From assembly GCF_028641065.1 (NCBI RefSeq), contig NC_073384.1, positions 10,292,001 to 10,356,000 of the forward strand: a stretch of DNA of 64,000 nt, written 5' to 3'. Both the position numbers and the translations under genes were made by a program. Positions 62,436 to 64,000 of the stretch are shown in pieces (position 1 is the first letter of the stretch; the number at the start of each line of letters is the position of its first letter). Source of the DNA: Leucoraja erinacea. Taxonomy: Eukaryota. The notes beneath the pieces were generated by a model. It was not told the origin of the DNA. It saw nothing but the letters and a program-made list of their open reading frames with translations, and did no database searches.

Positions 62436-63343
62436 AGTACCTGCCTCAATCATCCCCTCTGGTAGCTCGTCCCATATACCTACCACCATCTGTGTGAAAA
62501 AGTTGCCTCTCAGATTCCTATTAAATTGTTTCTCTCTCACTTTAAAGCTATATTATCTGATTCTTGATTCCCCTTTTCTCTGGGTAAAAGACTGTGCATT
62601 CACCCTATCTATTCCCCTCGTGATTTTATACATATCTATAATATTGCCCCCTCAGCCTCCTGAATAAACGTCTAGCCTCTAAAACCTCTCCCTATACCTC
62701 AGTCCCTGGTAACATCTTCACACATCTTCTCTGCACTCTGATTGTGTGCCAAAGGACTCATTTATATCATTGCAGAAAAGAAAGTGGTGACTGATGAGGG
62801 ATTAAAATTACTGTTGTGACTATTCATAGATGCAGAAGTAGATCTTTAGTTAGACATTCCTATATAAACATTTTTAACAGCTGTCAACCTGTTTAATCTG
62901 TAAAAACGTTATTGAGTTTATTATATTATCTCTAACTGTTTCAGAAATGATTTGCTTGGGATCAGAATTGCAATGGATACTGACTGCAGCTTTTGGTTAA
63001 CAAATATATGCATAACGCTATATATATCTGAAGTAAACTGCACATAAGTAGAGAAATCTTAGAAAAAAAAACACTTTAAGTGAAAGAAACATGGTTTATG
63101 CAAATGACATTATAGTACCATGGTAGACAAAAATGCTGGAGAAACTCAGCGGGTGAGGCAGCATCAATGGAGCGAAGGAATAATGGATAGGTGTACACTC
63201 GCATGCATTGTACCCTCGCATGCATTTCCAGATTTCAGATTTCCATCTGCTTTGCATAGCATTCTGTTCATTTAAGGCACAAAATGCTGGAGTAACTCAG
63301 CAGGTCCGGCAGCATCTATGGGGAAAATGGATAGGTGACCTGT

Positions 63344-63371
63344 CTGAAGAAGGGTCCCGACCTGAAACGTC
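63344..63371 (+). ncRNA. Minimal type I hammerhead-like motif of a Penelope-derived repeat (representative copy)
   Basis: CTGAAGA-A-GGGT(CCCG)ACCT-GAAA-CG-TC: CUGAnGA and GAAA core, stem II, short palindromic stem III, UC cleavage site. Confidence 0.55.
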
Positions 63372-64000
63372 ACCTATCCATTTTCTCCACAGATGCTGCC
63401 GGACCTGCTGAGTTATCTGCCATTTTGTATCTCTCTTTCTTATAGACTAGCACCTGCAATTCCTTTTATTATTAATTTCTATTCAATTTGAGCAGTTAAC
63501 AAATTAGACCAGACAGATTCTTTTTGGATATAAGCACGTTTTCAGTAAGAATTAGCGTAGAGGAAGCATGTTTAATGACACATCATTGAACATGGTCAGT
63601 TTTGTCATTTATCTAACCTTACATATTGCATTTTAAACCATTTGCTTATGCATTTCATGAACCAATTAGTATTTCGTAGCCTGAGTTACGATCATACAAC
63701 ATTTACACACTCTCAGAGGTAATATAGCAGCCTGCAACATGGACAGCTGCAGGAGAGTTGCAAAAACCCTTCCTTTAACCTCTGTCCGACACCCACAGGA
63801 AAAATCTACCACACCATTTCTGAAAGATATGTTATCCCTTTAAAGAGCGTATCGGTACTGTGTTATTTGAATGAGTGAAAGGGAATTTAGAAGTAGATAT
63901 TTGTCCAAACGTATTCAGTTGTTATGTGATTCTCACCAGTGCATGATTATGTGAACTGATCGCAATTTCTTACAGATAGGGAGAGATTTTGTAATGCAAT

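Overview
Vertebrate genomic DNA, almost certainly from a cartilaginous fish (inferred from HE1/V-SINE-type SINEs, CR1/HER1 LINEs with TTTCTATG tails and the gene set). It has three assembly gaps (14193-14551, 37015-37204, 41495-41715). Three single-ORF genes lie in the same order and orientation as human 20p11.21: CD93 (+), THBD/thrombomodulin (+) and a convergent somatostatin receptor, most likely SSTR4 (-). There is also a processed RPS2 pseudogene. Most of the rest is transposon-derived: CR1, L2, Rex1, RTE, Vingi-like and Penelope-like retroelements, SINEs and Harbinger-type MITEs. Three items stand out. (1) A complete 2.6-kb IS630-Tc1-mariner transposon with ~75-bp TIRs and a TA TSD, whose DD35E transposase reads intact only after removing two GT-AG introns. 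(2) A 143-bp TSD-flanked retroelement whose 5' end folds as an HDV-like ribozyme, with the predicted cleavage site on its first base. (3) More than 20 copies of a Penelope-associated minimal hammerhead motif, often in fold-back pairs. All assignments come from reading the sequence and recalling known families; no searches were run.
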